A DNA stretch of 61,913 nucleotides, filler included, from Hausera hauseri (GCA_046269625.1; 9 parts of 9 records of this genome joined end to end with filler, not necessarily neighbours in it), one strand, 5' to 3'. Positions 31,993 to 45,232 are shown, counted from the whole stretch's first letter. Numbers and translations: made by a program. Notes: generated by a model from the letters alone, not told the origin.

Positions 31993-34479
31993 ACCTAGTG
32001 CCCGCCTACTGATTGTATTTTCCATGACTTTGTTGTTAGGTTGGAACTAACTATTACTAAACCTGACAAATATGTACATTATAGGGTCTGTGTGTATTTC
32101 AGCCTAAATAGATCTTTCGAATGCTTTTCAGAAACCGAGACACACTACACACAGTCCTCATAATGACCTTATCTGACAGGAAGAAACATTGTGGGGACTG
32201 TGTCTACATCTTTAACAATCATTGGTCCAACAACACGTCTAGGGAAGTACTACAAACACAACAACTCTAAGGATCTACTAACCTGAGTGTCATCATGTGG
32301 TACCATCGATGCAGAGGCTTCATCGTGTCTGGGCGACATACTGGGAGCACAAATCTTTGAAAAACAAACAAAACAAGACTATAAAATCATTTAGAAAGTT
32401 ACCAGATAGCAGAATACAACCACACTCAAGAGCAAAAGTTTAACACTCCTCCTATAAGGCATAATTTCACATTTCTGTAGTGCTAAATATTCATGGAAAC
32501 TCTGTATGTCTGTCTTTGAGCAAAGTATCCCATGAACCGTTGAAAGGGATAAATATAACTTTAGAAAGTAAACTTTAAATGCATATCTAAAACTGACTAA
32601 CTTCTGGAGTCAGATTTACTTAGGCTGCTCCCTTATGAAGCTAATTTTGACAACACAAAAATCAATAACTGCTATTTTTTATAGAGAAAAAAAACTTAAT
32701 GGAATATAACTGATAACTGTCAGCATTCCCTAAGATATACTACCATAGGGAAACATCTTCCAACAGGCAAAATCAACTAGAAATGTCACTTTTTATAGTC
32801 ACAGTGCAGAAGTTAAGTCTTGGCTGTTGTCTGCAGCTGATGCTGTAAGGCTAATCTAATAATCAAATTACAATTTGATTAAATAAATATAAAAACAAAA
32901 TTGGATAAATTATTGCCGGCATTGCATTGACTTCAAACGTTTGTCTGTTTAAAACATCTGACTGACCAGGCATTTAAAGGGCTTGTATCATCCAACCATA
33001 TTAAGCTAGCTAACTAGCTTAGCTCATATTAGCTAGTCACCTCATGATCAGGACAGGTTGCAAGTAGAAAAAAGTTTCTAATATCATATGTATCTGTGAA
33101 AATGAATTCTGGACAACATAAAAAACATGAAAGCCTTACCTCTTTAGATGTCTCCTTTCTGTAGACAGTTGACAACAAGGCCAGGCTGTGATCCAACACC
33201 AGGAAGACTGTAACATGCAGTTAGCATAACAGGAAGGAGAGTGAGGGGAAGGGGGCGTGGCCTAACCTTTAAACTCTTCTCACTTAATTTCCTGGGGGAG
33301 TATAAATTAATATTTTTCATTGTTTAACTACAATAATTTCTAAGAATATTCTACAATACAAAATATAGTTGTGTTTACTTTATAAGTAAAGAGGGTCCCT
33401 TAAAATTCATACTAAATTTATATTAAAAGTTAGAGTTGAGCCTGTGTGGCTTGTATTTTCACGTTTTGATATTTGTGGTCAGGTTTTTACTTTTACTTTT
33501 TATTTTTTATGGCCACAAAGTCTATTTGTTTATTGGCAAAGTAATTTATCAGCTGTATGGGCAGTTTGAGCAGAGCTTTTAACCCACAGCAGTATTGGAA
33601 GGACTTTAAAAGGTTGCTTTGGTCACATAGAAGTTTAACTATAAAAACTGCATATAACTAATTAAATTAATCATTATCTAGAACATGAAAGGTTAGCAGA
33701 AATGGATAAACACTGACTAAAATATTCTTTTTCATATGTAAAGTGAGGGCTAGGTAATGGTACTTTTTAATTTAAAAAAAGTAAAATATCTCTTGAGGCA
33801 GTGAACATAATTAAAATTAAAGTCTCAAAGGAAAATGGATATCTAAAAATTATTGACCATTAGAATCTGGAGAACAAAAACAAACAGGCATGTTACATCA
33901 TCAATGGTTCTGAATCGCTCTTTGTCTGACCCCTCCCCAAGGCCTGTTTGCTATGGGAGACCCAACCGGGGGCTAATGTTTGAGACCGCATAGCCCTCAT
34001 GATCACAGGGGTACTCAAACTGCTCCACATTGGAGCAATCCAATGCCTTTGATACCACATTGGTCTAGCACAAAGAGTAAAATACTGTGGTCATATCTAT
34101 CAAGTCCTCTGTCAGACCTGAAAAACCAGCAGAGTCTCCAGAATCTGTAGCAATTAAAGTATAATTAAAAACATTAAACCTTGTCAGGCAAAAACGCAAA
34201 TCGGTCCTAAGTGAGGGATCAGACAAAATGCAGCCCAAAAACCACTTATAGTTAAGTGCCCAGATGCGGGTCACTGCCTGGAACCCTGATCTGGAGCCAG
34301 GAGTTGAAGGAAACACACTTCTTTTCCAACACAGAACAGCTGTTTTTCTCTTTAAGGGAATCACAGCGTTTGGCTGTAAGATCTAACCTATAAGCCAAAG
34401 AGTAGGTATAACGGGCAGGACATGATAATATAAGTCGTGGGCCTACAACAGCTTTTAAAGGCTTCACCAAGATTTACTT

Positions 34480-35326
34480 TTCCTCTTCCCTGGATGTGCT
34501 TTTATTGAGTGGGGATAATTTTTGCCCGCCATCTTGGTGCCTGTATGGTGGGATTCACCCCGGTAAATGATGGCCTCTCTCTGCCATGTTGGGAGACAGG
34601 TCCTGATTGTTGTTTATGTCCATGCATCTATCAGCAGTTCAGATTACCCACCCTTTATGGAGTACTTGAAGGGGGTGCTGGAGAGTTCTCCTCCTGGGGA
34701 CTTCCCGATTCTGCTGGGGGACTTCAATGCTCACGTGGACAATGACAGTGAGACCTGAAGGGGTGTAGTTGGGACCGGACCTGGACCCAAGCAGAGTTTT
34801 ATTTTTGGACTTCTGTGTTTCTCAATGATTCTCCATAACAAACACCATGTTCAAGCACAAAGGTGTCCATACGTGCTCTTGGCTCCAGGACATCCTAGGT
34901 GGCAGTTCAATAATCGACTTTGTTGTATTTTCATCTGATCTGGACCCGCATGTTTTGGACACTCGGGTAAAGGGAGCGGCGGGGCTGTCAATTGACAACT
35001 ACCTGATAGTGAGTTGGCCCTGATGGTGTGGGAGGATGCAAGTCGGATCTGGCAGACCCAAACGTATAGTGAGGGTCTGCTGGGAATGTTTGGCAGAGAC
35101 TTCCGTCAGACTGAGCTTTAATTCACACCTCTGGGAGAACTTTGAACATGTTTCAGGGGAGGTTGGAAATATTAAGTCAGAGTGGGCCATGTTCCGTCCC
35201 TCCATTGTTGACGCAGTTTAGCAGAGCTGTGGGCGCAAGATTGTTGGTGCCTGTCATGGCAGCAACTCTCAAACCCTCTGGTGGACACCAGCAGTGAGTA
35301 ATACTGTCAGCCTGAAGAAGGAGGCC
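34480..35326 (+). mobile_element. RTE-clade LINE (Rex3-like) endonuclease fragment, decayed
   Basis: LLGDFNAHVDNDSET and RPKRIVRVCWE. Confidence 0.75.
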
Positions 35327-35958
35327 TCATCCATCCATCCATCAATCTATCCATCCATTTTCTGCCACTTATCCGGGGTGAGAGCTCGGTCATCCGGGAT
35401 GACCGAGTTTCTCACCCTATCTCTAAGGGAGAGCCAAGACACCCTGCAAAGGAAACTCATTTCAGCTACTTGTATCCACAATCTCTTTCTTTCGGTCACT
35501 ACCCAAAGCTCGTGACCATAGATGAGGATAGGAACGTAGACTGACTGGTAAATTGAGAGCTTCGCCTTCTGGCTCAGCTCTTAGTTCACCACAACGGACC
35601 GGTACAGCGCCCGCATCACTGCAGATGTACCACCAGTCAATTTCCTACTCCATTCTTCCCTCATTCTTGAACAAGACCCAGAGAGACTTAAATTCCTCCA
35701 GTTGGGGCAGGAGCTCATCCTCGACCCGGAAAAGGCAACCTACCCTTTTCCAGCTCAAGACCATGGTCTCGAATTTGGAGGCACTGATTCTCATCCCGGC
35801 CGCTTCACACTCAGCTGTGAACCATTCCACCGAGAGCTGGAGATTACGATCTGATGAAGCCAATAGGACCACATCATCTGCAAAAAGCAGAGAGATCCCC
35901 TTGGGCCGAAAATTCTCTCCATGAAAGTTATGAACAGAATTGGTGACAAGGGGGAACC
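35327..35958 (-). mobile_element. RTE-clade LINE 3' RT fragment with (GGAT)n tail
   Basis: PLSPILF, LLFADDVVLLAS, CEAAGMRIS; CATC repeats at 35328-35357. Confidence 0.8.
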
Positions 35959-38900
35959 TAAGGGATAAGGCGTACATTGCCCATACGCTCCATGGTACCT
36001 GGCTCCTTCGCGTGTTATGGGCGCTCCCCATATATGAGTGCGATGTACATGCACCGGGTCTTAGACGTACGCCCTTCGACATCGGACGTACCGGGTCAAT
36101 GCAGACGTAGGGGTCGCGTACGCTCGCCCGATACTCCCTCGGTATTGCAGTCCAGGGGTCGTCCGGAGACCACCGAAGTTTCGGGGTTTGACCTCTGACC
36201 TCTGGGCGTACACGGAACGACACCGTGTGGGCGTGGGCAATACATCCCTATGGGGGTTTTCGGGGTACCTCCCCTTGACCCCTGGAGCTCCGCCCACGTA
36301 CGCGGATCGGACCAGAGGGGCATTGCCTACGTACACGGGTCGGACCAGAGGAGCGCGGGCGTTGTACACGGAATGAACCAAGGGGGCACCGCCCATACGA
36401 CCCTATAGGTGTTTTCCGGACTCCTCCCCCTTTTCCCCCCCCGGACCCCCGCGCACGTACACGGATTGAACCGGAGGGGCGTGGGCGACGTACACGGAAT
36501 GAACCGAGGGGGCACCGCCCATACAACTCTATGGGTGTTTTCCGGACCCCTCCCCCTTTTCCACCTTTGACCCCCCCTGGACCCTCCCCCAGGTACACGG
36601 ATTGAACCAGAGGGGCATGACCATTACATCTCTATGGGTTTTTTTTGACCCCTCCCATCTTTTGCTGTTTTGACCATCGGGACCCCCATAACTCCCCAAA
36701 TCCCACCCCCCAGGGCTCTAGAGCGCCCCCTAGGGGTCAAAATGGTATTGCACCAAATTTTGGTAAAGTGCTCATTTCTGGCCCTGGAGCGGGTAGCTGG
36801 GTCTCCTCGGGGGTTCGAAGACCCCCGTCACATTTTCGGGGCCCTAGAAGTTTTTTGGTCACCACGCCCTGTAGAAAGGTCGTTCAAGCCTGTTGGAGGT
36901 ATCCTTGCGATCGGGGAGGCCCCCCGGACAACATATGTCAAGGTCAAAGGTCAAGGTCATCGGGAAATTTCGGATCCCCTCGGATCGTCACCAAATTTTG
37001 CAGGCTTGTTTGGCTCTGCGTCCTGACCGTCTCACCCAAATTTGGGGTCTCTAGGTGGTTCGGGGTCCGAACGGGCACCGAGACCCCTCCTGGGCCAGAG
37101 GACGGTGAAGCCCTCTGAGAAAGAAATTCAGAAAGAGAAAAATTTCATCCGTGCCCCTCTGGTGTCAATCCGTGCCCCCTAAGGGGAGACGACGTACATA
37201 GAGCGACACCGTGAGAGCACTGAAGTGCGTTTGACCCCTGAACTCGGTGTAGAAAGGTTGAATTCCAGCAAACCTGGTCTGTCCTCAAAGGGTAGTTATA
37301 GGGCTTCAAAAGTACCCCCTCTTTAAATATATATTCACCCCAGGACCCCCCAGAAACCCAGAAAACTGTCCCAGAGGTCGCCAGGTCAAGGGGCATAGAA
37401 TGGCACCAGGGGAGCATGAGCTGGTATTTGAATGGAGAGCGGCCTCGTTAACTGCCTCGTTGACTGCGTTTAGGGTCAGAGATTCGCGAAGGAACGTTCA
37501 ATCTGGGCAAGCTTGGTACCGTTGGAAAGGTCTTTTTGAGACGAAAAGAATGAGCCCAAGCTTACCTGAATAGGACCTTCCTTGGCGCCACAATTAACCC
37601 GCAAAGTTGGAGCTGTAGGCCCCATACACATCCATTGTATACACATCCATTGTATACTCTGCCATCACGGCTAACAGGAAAGGGCCAGAGCCACCAAACT
37701 ATAGGGACAGGTAGAAGAGGTCCTTATGAATAAACCCTGTCAAGATGGGGGTCCTAGGACAAAGTTAAAGCACCAAAATTAACTTGCAATCAAGTGGAGG
37801 CCCGGGGGCCTTTTCCGCCTGCTTTTTTACACCTTCCGTGGGTCGTAACTGCCCGTAGGAAGCACGAAACTGGACCAAACTTGCTGGGGTGGTAGATGGG
37901 TAAGGGGGCGAGCTACCCTGAAAATTTGGCCGTCCTAGGTGCACGTTAAGGCCGCCAAACGGCCCAGCAAAGGCCCGGCGGGTGTATTTAATGCCAAAAA
38001 CGTGGCGGGAGGAAAAAAAATCATAACTCGGCCCCCGAAGGACCTAGAAACACCAAATTTTAATCACGTGTACGTGGACTAAGGGGGGTGATACTGTAAC
38101 AGTTTCGTGCACGTACGTGCACGTTTAGGGGTTCAAATTAACAAAATATGTTCAGAAAATGCATTTTTTCAGGGCCATAACTGTTTAAGTTCCTATCTCG
38201 GGCCCGGAAGGGGCTAGGGGCCCCAGATTTGAGGGGTCCCCATTTGGTCGAGGCTAGAACCCAGCCATGGGGTCAGTTTTTACATAACCCTTTTAGAAAA
38301 ATTTGACCCTTTTTCAAAAGCCACTGCATATGGTGTATGGGTCGTCGTTGGGAAGACTGTTTGACTGTTCAACCTGGAGCCATTTTTGACAAAGTTGTGC
38401 TAGGTGGCTGATTTTTGAGTATGTTGTTTCTGGGCTCAGGCTGAACACGCCTGACTTGGTCCCGCAGTCCTGGGCCCCTGCGTTCCCCCGTGTGGGCCCC
38501 GCAATGTCTGGAAAACCTCAAAATCTCTGAGTGCTGTATTTTTGGAACCGTAAGTCCGATCCGCATCAAACTTGGATGGATGTTCACATCTCAGGGCCCT
38601 CTTCTACATATATCAGAGCCAGGGACCCAAAGCCATTCAGGGGCCAACTTTTTTCAGGGGCCCCGCAGAGCCGTGGCACTAAGACGGTTGGATTTTTGGT
38701 GTGAAAGTATGCCTAGTAGTCAGTTTTGATGTTTTTTGGGGTCTCATGAGCGGAGCACTAAGTGTGAGCTCAGTTTGCAGCAGTTTTCCCCCCCAATTAG
38801 CAAGTTAGCTTTGAGCTACAAGGCTGATATTTGGAGAGTACTTTCAGACAAATAAACTCTAAGTGCCCTGAAGACCTCAGCCCTGTAGCACCTTCCTAGT

Positions 38901-39874
38901 CAAAGTTTGCCCCTGAAAACTATAGCATTTCAGCCTCCAACACTAAGTGTGAGGTCAGTTTGCAGCAGTTTTCCCCCCCAATTAGCAAGTTAGCTTTGAG
39001 CTAGAAGGTGACGTACATAGAGTGACACCAGAGGGGCACGGCAACACATAGAAAAACAGACTGAGAACAGTTTCGACCGTGCCCCCCTGGTGTCAATCCG
39101 TGCCCCCTGTCATGGAAGGCGACGTACATGGAGCGACACCAGAGGGGCGCGGTTTACGCCTCCCCCCCCCCAAAATGGCCGCCGACGCTAAGTAATGACC
39201 GCACCCCTCTGGTGTCAATCCGTGCCCCCTCTCAGGTAAGGCGACGTACATAGAGCGACACCAGAGGGGCACGTGCCATATACAGCTGGTTGAGATTTCG
39301 CATGTCTGCAGCATATGTGATGCAAGAGTGCGAAATCTCACTCGCTGTTGTGATTAGTATGCAGGAAGCTAAGTGACGACCGCGCCCCTCTGGTGTCAAT
39401 CCGTGCCCCAACATGGCCGCCCGCGCCCCTCTGGTGTCAATTCGTGCCCCAAAATGGCCGCCCACGCAAAGTAAGGGCCGCGCCGCTCCAGTGTCAATCC
39501 GTGCCCCAATATGGCCGCCGACGCCAAGTACGCGGAGCGACACCAGAGGGGCGTGACCCCGGCGCCTCTGACGGCGCCCCTCTCGTGTCGATCCTCGTAC
39601 GACGTCACTGCTCCACCTGGTGTCCGTGTCGGCATGGCAAAAACCTTTACCCAATTCCTGCGCGGGGGTGAAGCGCACCAGACGCGCGGGACCACGACGA
39701 GGTGGGAGAGGGGGGCCGGTCCGGACGCATGGACGCCCGCCTTGCGTCTCTGCGACGTGCGGGGGCCGAACTGCAGGCGAAGAGCTTGCTCCAGACGAGT
39801 CTATGCCATTGACTTGTCATTATCGCGCTCCATTGCCGGTACGGGAAACTTCGCTCTGGGCCTAGCGGCCTAAG
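35957..39874. repeat. GC-rich non-coding module with nested subrepeats; possible non-autonomous DNA element
   Basis: Subrepeats GTACACGGA(T/A)TGAACC (36200-36620), CCCCTCTGGTGTCAATCCGTGCCCC (37150; 39080-39510) and a 38755/38941 duplication; CCTAAG at both ends. Confidence 0.6.
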
Positions 39875-40234
39875 AGATGGGCGAACGCCGTTCGGAAGCG
39901 CGGGGCGATGCCCTTGGTCGCCCCCGGCCGATCGAAAGGGAGTCGGGTTCAGATCCCCGAGTCTGGAGTGGCGGAGACGGATGCCGTGAGGCGTTGCAGT
40001 GCAAACGATCCCGGAGAAGCTGGCAGGAGCCCCGGGGAGAGTTCTCTTTTCTTCGTAAAGGGCAGGGCGCCCTGGAATGGGTTCGCCCCGAGAGAGGGGC
40101 CGGTGCCCTGGAAAGTGTTGTGCTTTTATGCGGCGTCCGGTGAGCTCTCGCTGGCCCTTGAAAATCTGGGGGAGAAGGTGTAAATCTCGCGCCAGGCTGT
40201 ACCCATATCCGCAGCAGGTCTCCAAGGTGAACAG
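39869..40234 (+). rRNA. 28S rRNA internal fragment (diverged, pseudogenic)
   Basis: CCTAAGAGATGGGCG...GATCGAAAGGGAGTCGGGTTCAGATCCCCGA...GTACCCATATCCGCAGCAGGTCTCCAAGGTGAACAG, conserved vertebrate LSU core. Confidence 0.9.
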
Positions 40235-40716
40235 NNNNNNNNNNNNNNNNNNNNNNNNNNNNNNNNNNNNNNNNNNNNTTAATTAATTAANNNNNNNNNN
40301 NNNNNNNNNNNNNNNNNNNNNNNNNNNNNNNNNNTTTTAAAAAAATTTTTTGCGCCCCTAAGAAGTTTGCCCACGGAACGACAGCCGCATCTCAATACTC
40401 CATCTCCATGGTACGCCACTCGTAAAAAGTATTTTTATTTTTTTGTAGATGTGCTTAACCTCTGATTTTCAAACCAATGATATGTTTTTAACCCACTTTA
40501 GGATTACAGAGCAGATGTCTCTGCAGGCTGAAATATCTAAAACTGTTTTGTGTCCTGACAAAAACTCGAGAGCAGCAGCAAACTCACCTGAGAGGAACAC
40601 CGGGGGCTTGATATACTACGCGTTCACACCATTTGAAGGTTATTTTTAGACACACTGCATGAAAATCTTCACATATAAGCACACATTGAATGCCTTTACT
40701 TCAAATTTACACGTAC

Positions 40717-41058
40717 CCATTCATTCTTCTTGAAATGCTCGTCCACGGTCCCATTCGTGGTGGGTTCTGGGTTCGACTGATCCTTCTCGTTCTTCTGTTT
40801 TCCAGCATCATCTTTGACCGACGTCTTTCCTCCTTCTCCAGGCAGGGCTACCTCACCCACTCCCAGTGCGTCCTCCTTGAAGCTTGTCACAAACTGAGCC
40901 ATGGCTTTGACTTCAGCCTCCGACATGTTGTGGCACTTGGACGGGTCATGATCATAGTCAGGGAGCTGCCTCGTCAGCTGCCTGCGCCGATACGAAGCCC
41001 CATCGGTGCCTGCGACGGGCTGCATTTCCTCTGGGAGAAGCTCAATGTATTGCATACA
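40717..41058 (-). CDS. lmcd1: Exon encoding the PET domain of LIM and cysteine-rich domains protein 1 (testin family)
   Basis: QYIELLP...[24 protein letters not shown]...[11 protein letters not shown]; donor GTACGT at 40716-40711. Confidence 0.75.
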
Positions 41059-41065
41059 TGCATTC

Positions 41066-41097
<32 letters not shown>

Positions 41098-41140
41098 TTT
41101 GTAGGCTTTGTTTTCTTAACCTGTCGTATTTTCTTTCAAG

Positions 41141-41585
41141 TGAGCATGCAGAGCGGAATGAAGACGCTGTTCTACATCCTGCCCATTGCCACTATCTGCG
41201 TCCGCTGGAACAAACGTTTGATCCAAAGAAAGTCGTAGCGACAACCAAAGAAGGACAAACCATCCTCTGTCACTGCGAGGACGCAGTATACAACGAACCA
41301 AGTCAAAACGAGGTCAAAAACACGCCTTGTAGGGACAAGTGTCAAGACGACGTCGTAGAAAGCAGAGGCAATAAGAGATACATAGCTAGAACCTACAGAG
41401 CATACGGGGTTTCCAGTACCTCTAGTGTAGCGTTACCTGGGTATTGTGACTGGAAAACAGAGATTAGAACCCACCAGTTGAATCAGTTACCAGAGTGGGA
41501 AAAGAGTATCACTAATTATTTCTGTAAGGTCACCAGAAGCAAGGGCCGGGTCACAATCTACAAGTTTAAAAAGTTAGAACTCTAG
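41141..41585 (+). CDS. Orphan Cys/His-containing ORF, possibly a spliced accessory exon of an LTR element
   Basis: Open frame following the acceptor TTTTCTTTCAAG|; lies upstream of the second ORF and the LTR. Confidence 0.35.
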
Positions 41586-41640
41586 GAAAGGCTGACGCTA
41601 GTTGCCTAGATATAGGATACTAGTTCCCAAGATTAACACC

Positions 41641-42855
41641 ATGCAAAAAGAACAGAATAAAACACCATTAGCAGCGGAACCTTCCGTAATCTGCTGCTAT
41701 TGTCACCAAGGGTTAGAAGACGCCCAATACTTATGGGCTGTTGGATTATCCTGGTGGTGCCAGCAGTGTCGGGTTGGCTTGGTGGCAGCAACGGCGGTAC
41801 TCGGCATCTTGATCCCGGGCGAACGGAACCACGTCCCCCAAGCATCCGCCGAGGCCTGCTGGGAAATGGAACACACCTGTAAGGTTGTCTGGAGCTCAGC
41901 CTGGGAGTCTGAACCCCGCTTCCCTTCCGTGCGAATCCCGGAGCAAACTGTGTATGCTCCGATCATCATGAAGCTCTGGGAAGACTTTGCAGGTGACACC
42001 AGGTTGGTGACCTTTCAACTGCTCTCGGGGCAGCTAGTATACCTAAGCCCTTCACTTAAAATCGGGCAGGAATCTCTGGAAATCCTACCCCCTCAGTGGC
42101 TGGAATCTCTAGGCAAGGATCTCACTGCCACATCTTCAATGAATTCAGCACTAGCCATTACCGCCCTTAGAGGCCGTAGGGCCAGCACTAATGTCCTTGA
42201 GGCACCAGCCGTCCCGATTGCAAACCATCCCCAGGGTGCAGCGTCCAGCACACCCAACCATTCACCAGCAGCATCCCCACCTGACGCCGAGCCCATGGAA
42301 CTAGGGGTGGCCACGCCAAAACCACCCGAACTGCCCTTAGAGAATCCTGACCTAGGCTTGTTAGAGCGTTATCTTGAAGAAATCATAAATAATGAAGCGG
42401 CCAGTTCCGAAGGTACAATCCCCTCTGACCCTGTTACCCCAGCTGACGCAGGACCCCCGATCCTTACACCAGAGAGGCCATATGATCAGGGTTTTGAACC
42501 CATTACCCCAGTGGCGTCTCCCAGGAATGAAGGTGTCCCAACGCAGTATGCCATTGAGTCTGCTGAACAGCCACCTCAGCCTACTATCAAGCCTCGACAG
42601 GTCCGGACGCCCCAGAAGCTGATGGCCTCGGAGGGGGCCCAAATGGAAGAGTTCCCCCCGGACACCGACCTGAACGACATGACGGTGGTGGACTCTTGGG
42701 AGGACGATCAGGGTTTTGGGGACGGTGACGTCAAAGATCCCCAGTCCTACCCTGACCATGCGATCAAGCCTCATCGAGCTGGAGGGGGTCAACAGAAGAA
42801 CACAGTCAAAAGTAAAGACTGGGGTAGGCCTCATATGGAAAAGAGCAAGTTCTGA
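41641..42855 (+). CDS. Orphan accessory-like ORF (CxxC pairs; Pro/acidic C-terminal half)
   Basis: ATG at 41641, about 404 codons open, ends 14 nt before the LTR. Confidence 0.55.
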   Translation: MQKEQNKTPLAAEPSVICCYCHQGLEDAQYLWAVGLSWWCQQCRVGLVAATAVLGILIPGERNHVPQASAEACWEMEHTCKVVWSSAWESEPRFPSVRIPEQTVYAPIIMKLWEDFAGDTRLVTFQLLSGQLVYLSPSLKIGQESLEILPPQWLESLGKDLTATSSMNSALAITALRGRRASTNVLEAPAVPIANHPQGAASSTPNHSPAASPPDAEPMELGVATPKPPELPLENPDLGLLERYLEEIINNEAASSEGTIPSDPVTPADAGPPILTPERPYDQGFEPITPVASPRNEGVPTQYAIESAEQPPQPTIKPRQVRTPQKLMASEGAQMEEFPPDTDLNDMTVVDSWEDDQGFGDGDVKDPQSYPDHAIKPHRAGGGQQKNTVKSKDWGRPHMEKSKF

Positions 42856-42869
42856 TTCCAAGAAGGGGG

Positions 42870-44579
42870 TGTTGGAAAACCGGCCCCCAGGTGGTGTTAA
42901 GACGGCGGCCAGTTTTAATTAGGTAGAATCAGACCTTGTCTATCTCCACTGCTGATGAGATAATGGCTGAAGACTCCAGCATAATGATGTTTCATCTGCT
43001 AAACCAGCTATTTGCATAAACAATGTAATCATTCTGTAATGAAGGACAAATAAGTGTGTAACCAAAGAAATGATTAACAAGCGGTTGTTGGAAATGTATT
43101 AATCATGACAAAATGCCCTTATTCTCTGATTTTCTATGACATACTTGTGAGAGTGTATTAATCATGATGATGTTTCACTTCTGATAATCTTATATGAGTT
43201 ACTTATCAGGAGAGGAGGTGAGGAGCCCAGATGAAAGGAAATACAGCAAGCCTGAACTCAAGAAGGCCTAAAGCATGCAGAGTAAACAGAGAAAGATCAT
43301 GTCCCAAGCTGAAGTGAGGTGTAAGGAGTTACAGCAAATGATATGAAGTTAAGTTCTGACAGTATGTAATGCTTTGAGGTTACTCTGTGATGGTATATGA
43401 GAGTTGAACAAGTGAAGTCAAGTCAAGTGAGGTCAAGTGATGCAATATTGTGCAACAACCTGAGCAGAAAGTACCAGAAGAACCACTCCAAAACAACTCC
43501 AAATATGGGAAGCCCTAATTGAAAACAGATGGTGCAGAAAGTACCAGAAGAATCAAGAAAGAAGTAAACAGGCATCATGTGATGATGATGTCATTTCCAA
43601 GAACACCCACCCAAAAGGGAGGGAACTGCAGTAAACATGATCACATGTTTTAAAGATAAAAGTATGATTGGTCAAACAACCATGAGGTGACAAACAAAGC
43701 CCACCTCTAAAGAGAACAAGTGGCTATAAAAACCCACTGATCTGATAGAAAAGTACCAAGTGTCTCCGGGTGTTGCCACGAGTGGACCAGCCACAGCCAG
43801 GGCAGCGAGCCTGGTCAGAGCAGACAGGACTTCGAGCGGCAGTTGTTGGAGTCTGAGGAACCCTAATAAGAAGATCGGCTCATAGCTGAAGCCCGAGATG
43901 AGATTGGATTCTAACTCTTTTCTCGTCGAGCCGGGACTGGAGCTGTTCCTTCTTTCAACTTGGTCAGGGTGGAGTCCAAAGCCTCAGACGTCCAGATTGG
44001 ATAACTGTTAGCTACTGGAAAAGGCCTATACCTCCCTTCCGGAGGGTAGGAGATTTGTCTCTTGCCTGACAAGAATCCTTTATGGAGTACTATTTGCTGA
44101 TGGTAAGAGGACTTTTCCATCCGTCTGCTCTAAACAAAATATTCAGTAAAATTAGAACAACAGCTTATAGATTAATACTAAGGAAATTAAACTGGGTGTT
44201 AGTGAGTTCTGCTCAGGGATGTTTCAGGATGATGAGGTTGTTGACGAGATACATCTATTGGCTTGAGCTGTGAAGAGGTCAGGGCGGCTGCTGTGACCAC
44301 GGAGCCCTAAGGGAGCTTAGGGACCCATCTCCTCACCTCGTTTTTAAAAGTGTTTCCTATGTAATCCAAATATTGTAACCAGTGTAAAAGATTTGCTTAA
44401 AGCTGTTCCCCTGCAAAATTATCGATTAAAGCAAGACAAAACGTATAAATCTGGACTATTATTTCCTCTTATGAAGCGCACATGGTGAAGCTTGGTTCAA
44501 TCTTAACAGCGAATAAAATAGGAGGTTTTTAAAGGTTTCCTAGCTTTAAGAGTGTACAACAACACCCCTGAGTCCAACA
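42870..44579 (+). repeat. Long 3' LTR (1710 bp)
   Basis: PPT AAGAAGGGGG, then TGTTGGA...TCCAACA 7-bp inverted termini; TATAAAA near 43725; no PBS after it. Confidence 0.7.
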
Positions 44580-45232
44580 CCTGGACTCTAAAGATAGCCA
44601 GATCGAGTACCAATTGCAATGCTAGACAAGNNNNNNNNNNNNNNNNNNNNNNNNNNNNNNNNNNNNNNNNNNNNTTAATTAATTAANNNNNNNNNNNNNN
44701 NNNNNNNNNNNNNNNNNNNNNNNNNNNNNNTTGATTTTAGCACACAAGCAAGTGAAAACCGGAAAATGTAAAAGCGTACACATATAGAATCTAACATGTT
44801 CTGTATCCGAATATGACGTCAGATATTCGAAAAGAGCCTTAAATAAAAAAACCGATTTTTCAATCGAATATTCAAATAGTAACATCGGATTTCCCATGTC
44901 CGAAAACCTTTGCAAACCAAAAATAGGGTGTGCAAAGTGTTTGGAACAGTCTCGAAATGAATAAGACATTGAAAAATTCGATAATATTCGGTCAAGAATA
45001 CATTATTGGAAAAATCTGATCACTCCATTCGATTGCCCATGCATGAAAACCTATTTGGCGCCCAAGTGCAATTAATTTATTTGATGCATTAAAATAAAGT
45101 GTTCTAGAATGTTCGAAAATTTAAAAAATCCATAAATGAGGTAGTATGCGTTGATATGGCTATATGTTTCGTTATTTCCAAAATCACGTCCACGAATGGT
45201 GAGATTTTTATTTGTGCTCCTGAAATAATTGG

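Noticed and set aside
34480-35958. Twin-priming inversion of a single RTE
   Set aside because: The (GGAT)n tail lies at the internal junction, which fits two separate tail-to-tail or nested fragments better
35977-40286. ORFs in the GC-rich repeat module and 28S fragment
   Set aside because: Low-complexity translations of repeats or rRNA, with no domain motifs
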